Assembly: GCF_964355755.1 (NCBI RefSeq)
Contig: NC_092672.1
Coordinates: 4,898,001 to 4,962,000, forward strand
From: Antedon mediterranea
Taxonomy: Eukaryota > Animalia > Echinodermata
Length of the DNA stretch: 64,000 nucleotides
Direction of reading: 5' to 3'
A program made the position numbers and the translations under genes. A model generated the notes under the pieces. That model was not told where the DNA came from. It did no database searches and saw only the letters and a program-made list of their open reading frames with translations. Shown here one piece after another: positions 24,601 through 38,435 of the stretch. The first letter of the stretch is position 1. Each line of letters opens with the position of its first letter.

Positions 24601-27600
24601 TCTGATTTAATTAATCTTCATTTTTTATGTTTTTGGGGGACAATACATCTTTAAACTTATGTGGAGGTGAGGTGCGAGGAAACGTGTGACGTCCCAATAT
24701 TTCTGCATGTCCACAATGAACTAGCATGACGTAGTTTACCGTTGGAAATCGAAAGCTTACTAACGAAACAATAGAATAAATGCACTTACCGATATTTCAG
24801 TTCTACAATATGGATAAGCATTCCAAGCTTTTTCATGCATTTCTAATGCACCCCTTGGAGCTAAAATCCTAACAAAAGCCGGTACTTTACTGGGAAGGAA
24901 AAGGGATGCAAGAATGAAAAAACACATACCAACATACAAAAAACAATATACAGTATATTAACTTAGACGTTGTAGTAAGAGGAGGAGGAAAAGAGAGGTG
25001 TTTTCCATCACCGGATAAGGTCAAAGGTAAAAAATATTCCCATGGAAACATATAAATATACAAATTTTATCAGGAACACCAACTCAAGTACCAATCCAAT
25101 AAAGCCATCACCACTCCCAGTTTTCTCTGGAACTTACAGAGAATTCTGTCCTACAATATGGATATGCATTCCATGCTTTCTCATGGAATTGCAAAGCTCC
25201 TTTAGGAGCCAGGCGAGCCACTGTTTTGGGAACTTTACTGTAGTAAAAAATTATGCAATTAGCTATATTGAATACATATGTTTTCTTTCCTCTAAAATAA
25301 AAAGGGTGTGAATGGTATTGTATTGACAGCAATAATCAGATATTAATACCAACTACACTCACTTGTAAATGAGTAGCTAGTTGAAAATACTAGAAACGAT
25401 ATGATGGCGTGGAAAGGAACTGGCCACCCTACCACATAATGCCGGGGCTTAGCACAATGTGGTCTTAACTCCACTCATTCCCCTATGAATGAACAGAATG
25501 ACCCACCTCACCTATACAAATATTAGAAAACTATTACATTTCTAATTTTCGAATTATAACTCGCTCTTCGAAGAGAAAGGGCTATTGTCGGTTTATCCAG
25601 GTAAGCTAGGCACAATATGGACAACATCATTCAGGGGACACTCCTAATGAGACACAGTTTGTAGGGCCCAACATATGTAATTTTATATATTTTATACAGT
25701 CCTTACCTTTGTAAATGATAGATTTTATGAGTGAATTGACCAGACCCATACTCCTCATTTTGAAAAGGTTCATTTGTAATGACTTCAATTCCTTCACCAC
25801 CACCAGTGTTCTGTTTGCTGGCTTGGGCTACCGACCATAGTTGAGCAACTTGGTACTAGAAAATAAAAACGGGTATATAACAATTAACATTAGGCCTAAA
25901 AAATAATGTTGCCTAAAGCTCTGTCTACACTATCATCATTATCAAACTGTATGTGACAAAAAAATGTGATATGCCCATATATAGGCACGATGATGTCATA
26001 TCACTACCATATTTGAACATATCACTACCATATTTGAGCACATATTTTAACCAAACAAATGTGTTCATTCAATAGTCTGAAGACATATTTAGGTGATTAA
26101 TATTTGTTATAGTCATTTGTTTCTGGTTTTGTGAAAATATTTATGTATTTTACTGTACTGGGCAATATTTTTGAATTATTCTGGAAAGGAATGCAAGCCA
26201 TAAAATCACCACAAGTTCAAAGACGTGTCTGGTCTGGCTTATGTGTACTTTAAAAGAACCACCTGGGCAATCTCAGCTTGTGTCGTGGACAGAGGAATGA
26301 GCACTCTTTAGTGTATAACACGAAGGGACCCATTGGGAAGATGAAAGAAGTTATATGTGTTGTCCACATTATTTAAGCTCTGTCTACACTATCAAAATAG
26401 TTTGACAAAAAGAGTGAGATGCGCTCAAATATGGTAGTGATATCATCATGTCCATATCACATTTGTTTGTCACATAATGTTTGATTGTGTAGACAGAGCT
26501 TTAGCCTGCAAGCAAGCAATACACACGTTATTCCCCCACATTTATATTACAATTGACATTTTATATGATGATACAGTATATGGATTTTGGATAGCAAACA
26601 TACGGAGGTAAAATCCTGCTTGTTGTGTCCTAGTGTACAGCCAAAGAATATATATCACAAGAATGAGTAATCCGCGATTTTCCCTGTAACAGTAATATTG
26701 TCCATGTGGTAGGGCGCCGCCATAAGTGTGGATGTATCTGGGATGTATACAACTTTTTGTGACGGTTTCAATAATCAAAGGCTAGACCACCGGTAGTATT
26801 TTCATGATAAAAAATGTTATCAACTACATCCCAACATCATGTTAAATACTATTTGGATATTTAATTGTTCGTTTTATGCAATTTATTTAGTAAAAACTGC
26901 CGTATAAACAGTTTGCTTTATCAACCGGGCGCTACGATAGCGTGACCGGGCGTGTTGGTGTTTACGCGTTTTCACGAAGGATTGTTTAATAATATTCCTA
27001 TATTTAACTTGTTTCTGGTAAAACAAATAAATGTTAATAACATTTAACATTTTGTCCTATTAATAACATGTATTTTATACTAATTTATATCATAAAAACA
27101 ATACTTAATTTACCGGGCGTAGAGTAGTACACGGCAATGGTAAAGAATAGGCCGTGCTGAGTAACGATTCATTGATTTTTGGTGTTGCTGTGTTAGGCCT
27201 TTTTTGTGAACTAACTTAGCATGTTAGTAAATAATTGTCTGTAAAAGTGAATGTACACTAGTTTGTTAATAAATATGTATTATGAAATAGTTTACAATTG
27301 CAAAATATATTATCATAATTCTATTTAATGTGACATGTATAATATCTATCAAATCAAGTCTTATTTGGTATGTATACATCCGCCCTTATGAGGGCGGGCA
27401 TCACTCTCTGGAGCTCTCTGTTACAAATTTCTCATGCAAAAATCGCGGAATACTCATTCTTGTGATATATATTCTTTGGTACAGCTTATTCATTCAAGTT
27501 TGGTGATTTTGCATTCTACAAAGCAAAAGTATAGCCCTAGATTGTTGTATGTCAAATGCAGTATATATACTGTACAGTACATACAATAATCGAAAATGCA

Positions 27601-30600
27601 GTAGATGCTAAACAGATATCCTTGAAACAAATCAAAATGCTGTGTTTATTTTAGCCAAAAGTTGACAGAACTAACCTTTTAGACAATTGTTAAACAGCCT
27701 ATTGTCTCACCACGATCAATAATAATCTCACCATTATATTGTTATCATTGATTTGCATTGACTAAATTCTCTTACAATATCATAAGTATATTGATTACCT
27801 GGTCTCTTGTGTTAAAGCACTACAACTCTACACAACTGACAGTTTAATTATAAATGATGGAAAATATGTGCTATTCTAAAATGTATTTTTAAGGAAAGCT
27901 TTCTTTCAAAAAAAGAATATTATAAGTATATTGATTACCTGGTCTGTTAAACACTACAACTCTATACAACTGACTGTTTAATTATAAACGATGGCAAATA
28001 TGGGCTATTCTGAAATGTATTTTTAAGGAAAGCTTTCTTTCAAAAAAGAATATCATAAGGAGTCAGTAAATATTTGTAATTATGACTGTGCACACAATAT
28101 TTTATAGCCTTTTTCAGTATTCATACAGTAATGCTATCATTTATTCAATGACAATACAGTAAACATTAATGCTAATAATAGTACAGCTAGTACTAGGAAA
28201 GAATGTAAGGTATACAATAAGGGGATGATTTGTCAGTCTATTTACAAAGCATGACAACATATGTAAAATAAGTGTATTGTTATAGTTAGGATACTTTCAT
28301 CTTTATTATTATGTATACCTATATACCTACCACATTTTATGCCCATGATTATACATGTACAGTAAATACCTTGATTGAATTTTCCATATAATTTCACTTA
28401 AAGTATGACACAAGCGGTCAAAGTTCACAAAAATGGAGGAATAGAACAATCTCAGAGGCCATAAACTCTATACAACCTTTGTATTTACATTTAGTACTGG
28501 TTGATAGACCTATTGTGTAATGCTAAATAGTATCGTGTTTACTATTGCACAATTACTGTATTTTAGGAGATACCCTGTCAATGTTCAGTTAGAACTGAAT
28601 TATCTTCACAGTATTCCATCCCATTAATTAAGGGAAGCCATATAATACAGTTCTTTGTTTTATTTGTTTAATACTATTACTACATACCATTATACAAATA
28701 CAGTTTCTTTAATTAATAACATGATAATGAAGTCAGACAAAACACTATAACACAACCTGCTATTGAATATGTCAAAGGTCAACTTACATTATAATATTTC
28801 AAATATAAACAACAATGCAACAATTTATACTTTACCTCTGCTACAGATATTGGTAGATGGACACGACTGAAAAAAAAAATGCATAGAATTATCAGAATAA
28901 TATTGAATTATTATTAATATTAATGCATCTACTTATCTCTCCCTCTTTTTAATTAAACATTAACATTAATGATACTGTGGAGTAAACTGAACTGAGTACT
29001 TTTATAGGTGAAGGTTGAAAGGTATACCTAGTATATTTCTGATTGTTTTTTTAAACTTTTTTGTTGGATGAATTAAATAGTTACTGTTGTACTAGTGTTA
29101 GTACCACCAAGTAGCTTACTGCATAACCTCAAGAAAAACAATGAATCAAGTATGTGGTACCACAATAATCTAAATTTGTATAGCTTAAAAATAGAGTTGG
29201 TCAATCGGATTATGGAAACAGAATGTTTTTAGCAAGATCAACGAAGGCCATGGCAAAGACTGAAAATATAGCGGGCAGAAGTATCTAAGCTAACCCTGTA
29301 TGGAAAACAGCTACTATAGTGTATTGTACAATAAAAAAAACAACCAGAGATAAAAATCTCAAAATCTCATTCAGATACATTATTACTTTTCCACATGTTT
29401 AGCCTTATCCTCATCATGCAGAGTGCATTTATAGGCCACAGTGTTTTGGTACAATGATTAATGTATTGAATTCAGAAGGGTTTGTTAGTATAGGGGTTTT
29501 GGCAAAAAATGGCCAAGTTACTAAATCTAGTGAGATATAATTGGCGCTTCTAATGTGGTCGACTAATGCAGGGTTATATTGTACAGTAAAGAAAGGTAGC
29601 TACTTTTCATACTGAATTTGTAATAAAATGATGAATAGGTAGAGATTAGTATGTGCTGATATTGTGAATAAACCATTCATATATAAATAATATAATAACA
29701 GTTATGATACTAATTATTAATTGTATTGTATAGTTATTATATTGTAAACAATATTGCATAACAATGTTGTTAAGCTATGCCTATTGATTTATATGAAATG
29801 ATATTCATATTCATTCAAACAGGATGAGAAAACATGAATATGTACTGTAGGCTACACATTATTTATTTATTTTATTTTATTAATTTTAGCAACATTAAAA
29901 CAATACATAAACTTTGAGTGTGCCAAGGAGTAGCAAAAGAGGTCGAAGGACCACTGTCGCCATAAGGCGTGCCACACCAGCACTCAAAGCATACATTAAA
30001 AAAATGTAAATATGTAATATTAATACCATAATTTAAAAAAATCATAATCATTTTGTAATGTTAAATAAAGAAAAACTCTTAAAGTCTTAGGTTGTTAATG
30101 TTTTAGTGTTAATGTTTTATATACACTACACACACAGGATTACTAGTTAGTTAGGCATACTTAGGCATTACTATAGTATAGGCTTCTTTTAGGCCATAAT
30201 ACTTAATGCACTTGTCAATTGTATGACCCACTATACGACCCCCGGGAGAGGTGCGTCATTTGTCCGGTGTGCGTCATACTTTTGAATACCATGACGCACC
30301 CGTGCGTCAAAAAGGTGACTTACCTTTAGGTGACCATGACGCACCCATTTTGACGCACTGTGACCATGTTGTTTATGATATGGTGGGTGGTAAAGTGACG
30401 GACATTGACACACCTTGTTCATTGATGTGACGTACCATCTAGGTTTTTTGACGCACCCCTGCGTCAGTAATTATTTGTAAATGACGCACCCATGACACAC
30501 CTCTCCCGGGGGTCGTATAGTGAGTCATACAATTGACAAGTGCATAATAGCTAGGTAGGCTAGGCCAGTCTTTTTTGTTTAAAAGCTGTGTAACAAATGA

Positions 30601-30971
30601 ATAACAAAAAATAATGTCACAATAATCTACATTATAATATACAATATACCTGTGTGCATATACAGATATTACAAGCCGCGATCCATTATCCATTTAACGA
30701 ACAATTGTTACAAATATTAGCCCACACATGTTTCCGCCGGTAGTTCAACCCATCCATGTTGTGTAGGAGGAAATTGCATTCTTTGTCGCCCGGCAATACA
30801 CTCCACTCGCCAGGCGAGAATTTAGCAGGCCTAGCCTAAACCGTTGTTTTTACGAATTTTATTACAGTAGTTAGGATTCTATTTAATAACATTTATCAAC
30901 TATATGGACAAAAACAAAATGGTCTTGTAAACAAAGTGAGAGAGAACTTACAATTCTTTTCTGATAACCAT
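21662..30971 (-). CDS. PITPNA: Class I phosphatidylinositol transfer protein (PITPalpha/beta-like), ~265 aa
   Basis: Exons 30971-30952, 28866-28836, 25855-25707, (25237-25138 or 24889-24790), 23976-23899, 23594-23514, 22939-22862, 22553-22458, 22065-21943, 21703-21662. Motifs [74 protein letters not shown]. 798 nt with one copy of exon 4. The symbol denotes the PITPNA/PITPNB co-ortholog. Confidence 0.95.
23118..23296. mobile_element. MITE family A, copy 3 (PITP intron)
   Basis: Same TIRs and body as 7020-7197. Confidence 0.88.
24790..24889 (-). CDS. PITP alternative exon 4B (canonical-type)
   Basis: cccag|T AAA GTA CCG GCT TTT GTT AGG ... GAA ATA TCG|gtaagt; encodes [34 protein letters not shown]; 100 nt. 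Confidence 0.9.
25138..25237 (-). CDS. PITP alternative exon 4A (variant)
   Basis: tacag|T AAA GTT CCC AAA ACA GTG ... GAA TTC TCT|gtaagt; encodes [34 protein letters not shown]; 100 nt. Confidence 0.88.
26641..27479. mobile_element. 839-bp non-autonomous TIR element with 5-bp TSD
   Basis: ~40-bp TIRs ccaaagaatatatatcacaagaatgagta(a/t)tccgcgatttt; TACAG directly repeated at 26636-26640 and 27480-27484. Confidence 0.85.
27778..28038. repeat. Tandem duplication, ~140 bp x2
   Basis: ataagtatattgattacctggtct ... aaggaaagctttctttcaaaaaa occurs twice. Confidence 0.85.
30207..30544. mobile_element. 338-bp MITE with ~55-bp TIRs, TAA flanks
   Basis: tgcacttgtcaattgtatgacccactatacgacccccgggagaggtg and its reverse complement; internal tgacgcaccc subrepeats. 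Confidence 0.82.
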
Positions 30972-32439
30972 TATTTAGTGTAGAACTCAACGACTCTTCC
31001 TGAACTCGGCTCCCGTTTTTTTGTGTAGATTTTTTTCGTGTGACGTCATATTAGGCGAATCAAACTCCCGGATGTAATATTCAATAACTCTTCTTCCGCA
31101 TAAACAAACTAAAATCAGTTTGCAATTTAAAATAAAGTAACGTAAAAAGTAATCAATAAGTTGTTTACAATCAATACAATATATGTTTTTTCTATTTAGA
31201 GGAAATCTATATTATTTCAAAGGTGGCATATTAGACGTAGGCCACACTACAATTAAAGACATTGATGCCTCTGTATAAACTCACAAAAAAGGGCTGTGGA
31301 AAATAAAAAATGCTCATCTAAAGTTTGGGTGACTGGAAGAGATTCTCATGATCTGAAGGATGGTTTTGATGATATTAAAAGGTGGCATGTCAATCACGTG
31401 TTGTTCAAAGAAAATTCAAAGCATGACAAAATGGTATGTAAGCCTATGTCTTCTATAGGCTATACATAAGAAGAAAGAATGTTACTGTTAAGTAGTATAG
31501 GCCTACTTAAATCTACCAAAATGTTCACTCACTTTAATGCATGTGATTATAATTATATAGTGAACGTGTTTTAATTATTATAATTATTACGCAAAAAACA
31601 CGATTGATAAATATTCCGGGCTGTAACACAAAAAAGTTTGTTCTCAGCTTGTGAAAACTGTTAACATAGCGCCCCCATATACGATCCTTTCTCCCTTATT
31701 AAAGTGACTATAACTGTTAGGCCTACCTTCGTTCTCATGGGCCTGCTATATTTAATAGTGTATGTACACTGATAATTGCACGTCTTCTACCAATAAGGCC
31801 TAAGCTGTAATTTCGCCAATAAATAACATTAAATCGTTATTACCCTATTAAATAATAATAGATACTATATCGTATTTAATATTAGAGGGTCCACTAATAA
31901 GTTTAATATAATTCATATAAAACAAACATTATCTTCAGAAAGATGAACAAACAGTTAGAAATATAGATTTCCTCAGGAAGTTTATATGTTTATATTGTCA
32001 TGTATTAATTATTATCGTTGTTGTATTCATTGAACTGTTATTGTTATTGTTAGTATATACTTAATGTTAAGTCACGTTCGATGAGTTGTGGTTTTCCTAT
32101 TCATATTAGGGTCAGGGTGGCATCATAATATGCTTATGAAATGAGGATATGTTGCTAGTATTATACATTCAATTCAGGCAAGAGTGATCGAGGAACAGAC
32201 AGCAGTAAGGTAAGTGTGTAGTGAGTCGACCTATTTGCCAATACTTTATTTATGAAAGATTTTTAGTGTAAAATGTCAAAGCCTATCGTGTTAGTTTTAG
32301 AATTAGTTATTATAATGTTGAAATATTCTCGTGTATGAATCAAATCAGTGTATATGTGTACAGTTGCGTCTCAGCAGGAGGTTTAGTTATGATTTAACCC
32401 AAGAATTGTACAACGAAAACCCCGTCCCCCACACCCCCT

Positions 32440-32900
32440 AACCCATAACACAAATGATTTTTAGCTTCTCTAAAGGTCTATTTTGCTCACCCACTAACAA
32501 AATTGATTTTTTTAGTTTCTGTAAAGGCCTATTATCCCCGCCCACTAACAAAAATTATTTTTAGCTTCTGTAAAAAGGCATGTTGTCCCCGCCCACTAAC
32601 AAACATTATTTTTAGTTTCGGTAAAGGCATGTTGTCCCCGCCCACTAACAAACATTATTTTTAACTTCTGTAAAGGCCTATTGTCCCCGCCCACTAACAA
32701 ACATTATTTTTAGCTTCTGTAAAACTAAAGGCCTATTTCCACCACCCACTAACAAAAATGATTTTTAGTTTCGGTAAAAGCTTGTTGTCCCCGCCCACTA
32801 ACAAACATTATTTTTAGTTTCTGTAAAGGCATATTTTCCCACCCTGCACTAACAAACATTATTTTTAACTTCTGTAAAGGCCCCACTAATAAAAATGATT
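32440..32900. repeat. Minisatellite, ~52 bp unit x~9
   Basis: Repeated cccactaacaaacattatttttag(c/t)ttctgtaaaggc...gtccccg. Confidence 0.9.
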
Positions 32901-35900
32901 GATATAACATTCAACTTCTCACTGTAAAGGAGAGCGTCTCAGCCATTGTACACTTTACAAAAAATAACCGGCAGAAAATTATAAAATTATAAGGAGAAAG
33001 GTGAAATTCGCTCTTTCATGCTTCTCCTTTCATAATCACGTAGGTTGTCAAGTAGACTGGGTAACGGTTGTGGTCAATATAGTAAATTAATTAGTAATGT
33101 GATTATGTTTTAAACAGTTGCATTGTGGGGGTTATAAGTTTACTTCATGATGATATTCAAAATTATGTGGTTTCAGTCTAGAGCGAATTTCATCAATCTG
33201 GCCCCTGGTGAAAATGCCACAATGATGTATCAAAATTTTAATTCACATTATCAGACACAATTAAGGGTTAGTCGCACATCTAAAATGGACGCAAATGAAA
33301 ACACTGACGTTATCGCCAATCAATCAATGTTTTCCCCCATTCAATTATTATAATGCTTAATGAATGTTGACAAACTACGACCACAGAGTTCAGACAAAAC
33401 AGGACGATGGTTTCCACCAGATCACGTGGGGACGCATTAACGTATGGAGCGCGGTTTGGAAATATAAACATAATCCATATGTTTATTGAAATTGGGATTA
33501 ATATTTTGTATTAATCCAAATTATTATCAGGATGTATGTATATTGGCCTATTGTCATGTACTGTAAGCTAATAGCACATTTTTCTGTATGCTTTGAATCT
33601 TCTCGCCCCTTATTGTTTTAAAGATGGATAGAGAAGTACATTATACGGAATTACTCGACATATGGATGGATTATAAGCTGACGACATTAATAATGCATCA
33701 ACACCAATCCACTCAAGCGATTTTAAAATAAAATACCATGTATTTTCTGTGCATGCTTTAAGTTTCGCCTTGTTTTAAAGATTAGTATATATATAAGTGG
33801 CATTCAAAAGGTACACAGAAACAGACAGACAAACAGACTACAGAAAATAAACTTTTCTCTGTAAAGCTCTGTCAAACTTTATGTGACAAAAAATGGGATG
33901 TGCCCATGTATGGACATGATGATGTCATATCACTATCATAATTTAACCCTATCACTACCATATTTGGGCACATCACACTTGTCAAACTAGTTTAGTGTAG
34001 ATAAAGCTTAAGATCCCTGTAATATTGTAAATAGGCCTATATTCAATTGCTGAATTTAAACATAATCTAAATTTCGAGGTATGTTTGTACCAAGTAGAAT
34101 GATAAATAATACATTGTGATGAATAGTTAATTGATTTATTCTTGTAGTCTTTATTTGATTAAGATAGAGAGAAGTGGTCTACTATACTTGAAGACGCCGA
34201 TGATATGATAAATTAAAATAAGTATAACCTAACCTATATCTACAGAAGGGAGTTTTTAGGTACCATAATAATCCTCGATAAATAGTAACCCAGTTCTACT
34301 TATTACCTATACTCTAAAAAGTAACAATCCTTTAAACAAAAACACTATTCAATTTTACGATATCCGTAAGGAAATAATCCCAATTGTTTACGTTGGTACA
34401 ATAACTGTCCTTGGCATACCTTTTAATTTATATCAAAATTTCAATCAAGATCAAGAAGAGCAGTTATTTGATATTATATGAAATAGTGCTAGGCCTAACT
34501 CTTTTTATCAATTAAGTTTTAGAATCAAATATTTCTGAAAATGTTTCCACTATAAATCATGTTACGTAACAATTCTTGCCATTGTATATTGTAACACTAA
34601 AGAAATATTTCTTTAGATGTAGAGACTTACACATTTCGTTTTTACCGTAAAGTGTTTCGCCCTTGATTAAGTGGGTGACATTATGTTGAAGAATGTACAT
34701 TACATTCTAATATTATAATACCTAGTCCCACCTTCGTATTAGATAAGTAAGCCGGTACCCATACCTAACTGGTACTTTTTTAGTAATCCTCTTTGATCCC
34801 TATTACCATGGTCACACTTTTTTTCAAAAGAATTTAGTAAAAAATGCATCGTCATTCCTTTGCGCATGCAGTATTCATATTTCCATTTAACGATGCGTTC
34901 CCACTGAACGTTCAGTATTCGACTCGCGTGAATACTAAATTCGACTAGTGGAAAACAGGCTTTAATCTGGAAAATAAATTGGAAGAATTAGGCCTACATT
35001 GAACTGCTAAAAAAAAGAGGAAAAATGAAAATAATGACATATCGAACGAATAAGAGTTTATTGTGTTTTCTAAAAAAATGATGTAAGCAGTAATGTTGAG
35101 AATATCTCGGCGTTTCTGAATCAAAGATGAAATTATTAATAGGATTTTGTTGATTCATACACGTTTTTGACATTTGCGAGTCAATCATAAATGTCATAAT
35201 CCTTGTGTAGCTAATTTAAAGATATTTTGTCCCACTAAAGAGCTGAAATTGACTAGCTGTCACTATTTTTTTAGCCCTTCATGATTTATTATATTTTTAT
35301 GTAACAATGTTTTTAATTTATTTTTGGTAAAATAAAGGAAAGAAAGATATTATGATATTTTCCAATTTGTATTAGTCATTATTGTAGTTTATACTCGTGT
35401 AGGCCTAAATATGTTTGTTTTTATAAACTGTCAAAATTCCTAAAGATATTCCTTTTAGTTACCATGGCCGAATGGCTGTGGTTATGTGTCTTTGTATGTA
35501 GGCCTACAGTATTTCAAAAATGTTTTAGTTATTTTAGATATGATTGACAAAAACAATCTTAAACTTTAGAATATTAGCATAACAACAGTGTTTGGATTGG
35601 TTTGGCGCTTTTATGAAGTTAATTTGCCAAAATCGAGATAGCTTAGCGTGCGGTTAGTCTTTCATTGTGTTTTCACAATACATGTATTGATAAGATTTTC
35701 GGCGTTTGTAATAATTTTAAATAAACAGTAATAGAAAATAACAACTGTAGGCTAGATATCAGTTACCTTCTTTCTTATATTTATTAGTAAGTTAGGTAAC
35801 TACTAGCAAAAAGTACATCAGTAATCTGGGAGGTTGGCCTTTCTGGAAAGGATACCTAGGCCTATAGGCCTAATTGTATTTATTTATTTTACTTAATCAC

Positions 35901-36816
35901 CCTCTTGATTGGCATTTTCGAGTGACTGTCTGAATTTTTTTAAAGATGTGTTGTTCTCCTGAAAAAATAATTCTAATAATAATAACATAATAGCTATCCA
36001 CTTTGACAAAAAAATGTATTTACCTGAAAAATTGTAATTTAAAGCAAAAAATGGTTATTTTTTCATTTTATAAGTTTTTTTCCTACGGACGTGATTAAAA
36101 CTACAACCTAACATATTTAAAGTCTGATTTAATTATTCTTCATGTTTTCGGGGGACAATGCTTTTTCAAGATAAAGGTGTTCAGAGAAGAAAGGTATTTC
36201 TGAACAAAAAACCCCATTTAAAACTGTGTCACTAAACAAACTTTTTCATAAATATAAGCAAATAAACTTATTAAATAAACATTAAAAAAGTGGTAAACAT
36301 AATAATATAGCCCAATAAAAATGTGGTGAGACACTGTCAAAAATAAATCTTTGTCAGTTTTGCTTGAATGCTTACGAAAACATGTATTCATAAAAATTTG
36401 AACTACCCCTATTATAGTTGCTTTAACAATACAAATTCCACAGTTTAGCCTACACACCTCCGGCGTCACAACTCTACCACTGATTGAATCAGTTCCATAT
36501 TTCGCAACGCAGACAACACATTAAACGTCTTTAACACGCTATAAAGCAAAACTGACTGAAATTTCTTAAAAACAAAAGGAAATATTTTAAATACTCGGAT
36601 GTGCCTAGTAGGCGTGTAAAAGTAAAGACGATTTGACTTGTTTCTTTTAATAGGAATGTATTTGTTGTCTATTGTCACTTGTGGATTGTTTTTTTGTCTC
36701 GAGGTTGTGTAACACAATAGTGTAGTTTAGTATACTAAAGGACAATTAAAAGAGAGCGAAACACCGTAGATACAATCATTGACTATGGGAATCTAACGGA
36801 CTAACTGGGACATCGT

Positions 36817-37140
36817 CGGAATATATTACCACATTTTGTGTAAGTATAACTTTTTACTTGTTTTTTTAAACTATTGATAACGTTGTTGTTTGAAGACAAT
36901 CATAACATGACATAAGCTGTTAAACATGAATGATCGGAATATATTACCAAACTTGTGTAAGTAAAGTATAGCTTTTTACTTGTTTCTAAAAAAAAACTAT
37001 TGATAACGTTGTTGTTTGAAGATAATTATAACATGGCACAATCTGTTATGAATATATTAACAAACATTGTGTAGGCCTATATAAGTATAACTCTTACTTT
37101 TTTTAAACTATTAAAAACTTGTTGTTTGAATATAATCATT
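36817..37140. repeat. Degenerate tandem triplication, ~115 bp unit
   Basis: gaatatattacca...aagtata...aaactattgataacgttgttgtttgaa occurs three times. Confidence 0.75.
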
Positions 37141-38435
37141 AGACGGTATTATATGTATGTATATCATTGTTTTACCCATTTGGTTATCGGTAATTAATGT
37201 ATATACTTCTCCTATAAAGATGTTATTGGAATAGTTCTCAAAAATGATATTTCAAACTGACAGTATAGAATAAAGAGTACGGTATGTTATAGGCCTACTA
37301 AATTAAGTCTTGATTAGGGCTGTTATTAAGAATTCAAACCTGTATTATGAACCACCATGAAGGATTTTCGGAAATAAACGTTAAGATCCATTTTTATCAG
37401 AACCTAGACCTAAATTCATATATAATGCTATAATTTCTCTGTAATTCCACCTCTGTAAGATCATGGATACATTATTTCATAAATAGTTCCTCCATGGTTA
37501 GTATGCATATGAGTTTCCATCGCGACATTTTCTATGCTTGACAATTCGGCTTGGACATTATATTTCAAAATGAGAATGAGCACTATAGTGCTTATTTTAT
37601 TTATTTAATTCACAACTGTATATTATTATATAGGTATGCAAAATCATGGATGTTATTATCTAAATAATTATCATATAATTTACTGCACAAATCTCCTCTC
37701 TAAGCACCTTTAAGGACCCTTGGTAATTGCTAATCCCTCGTTAAATCAATGCCACGAAATGGAAGATACAAAACTATACCTCCATGCTGTTAATAACGAA
37801 CATTATAATTCACACTGAAGTATAATATATTACTCATACATTTTCATAAACAACAATGGATTATGATTATCTTATTTTTTTCTTTATGACTAAACCAATC
37901 ATTACATTCATGCTAATTATGTAATAAAAGCTGATGTATGTGTTGCAGCAAGCGATAATCGATGGGCTGTCTTTTACATTTTCCTGTTTTTCTTTAAAAT
38001 GCGATTTTAAAAAACAAATAAGGGATATCTTTATTTAGATCTTAGAACAAACAGTCACTTTCTCGAGATCAATGGTTATATTTTACATTGGTTGTTTATA
38101 TCCCATTAATGGAGGAAAGATATATTGAATGGTAAGTTATTATATGCCTATCATTAATATCAATGTAGACTGTATTGCATGTTACTCGATGTGCGCTACT
38201 TTATGACGTAACATTACTTTAACTACGCAATCCAAAGTAAATATGGCGGAGGACAGGGCCACATGGAGGAGCGTTGTTAAATCCACGGTCCCCAACATTC
38301 CCGAAACGGCTAATAAGGGTAAGGTAAAGTAATGTATAACCATTTTAAATGTATTATTTGTTTTATAGAAAAGGTGCACTACGGCGCTATATTGCATGAG
38401 TATTTAAAGGTGTACTGTCACAGTTAGTCTGCATC

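Noticed and set aside
30510-30530. Resemblance to a T7 promoter (gactcactata on the minus strand)
   Set aside because: Partial match inside a MITE TIR with no vector context; coincidental.
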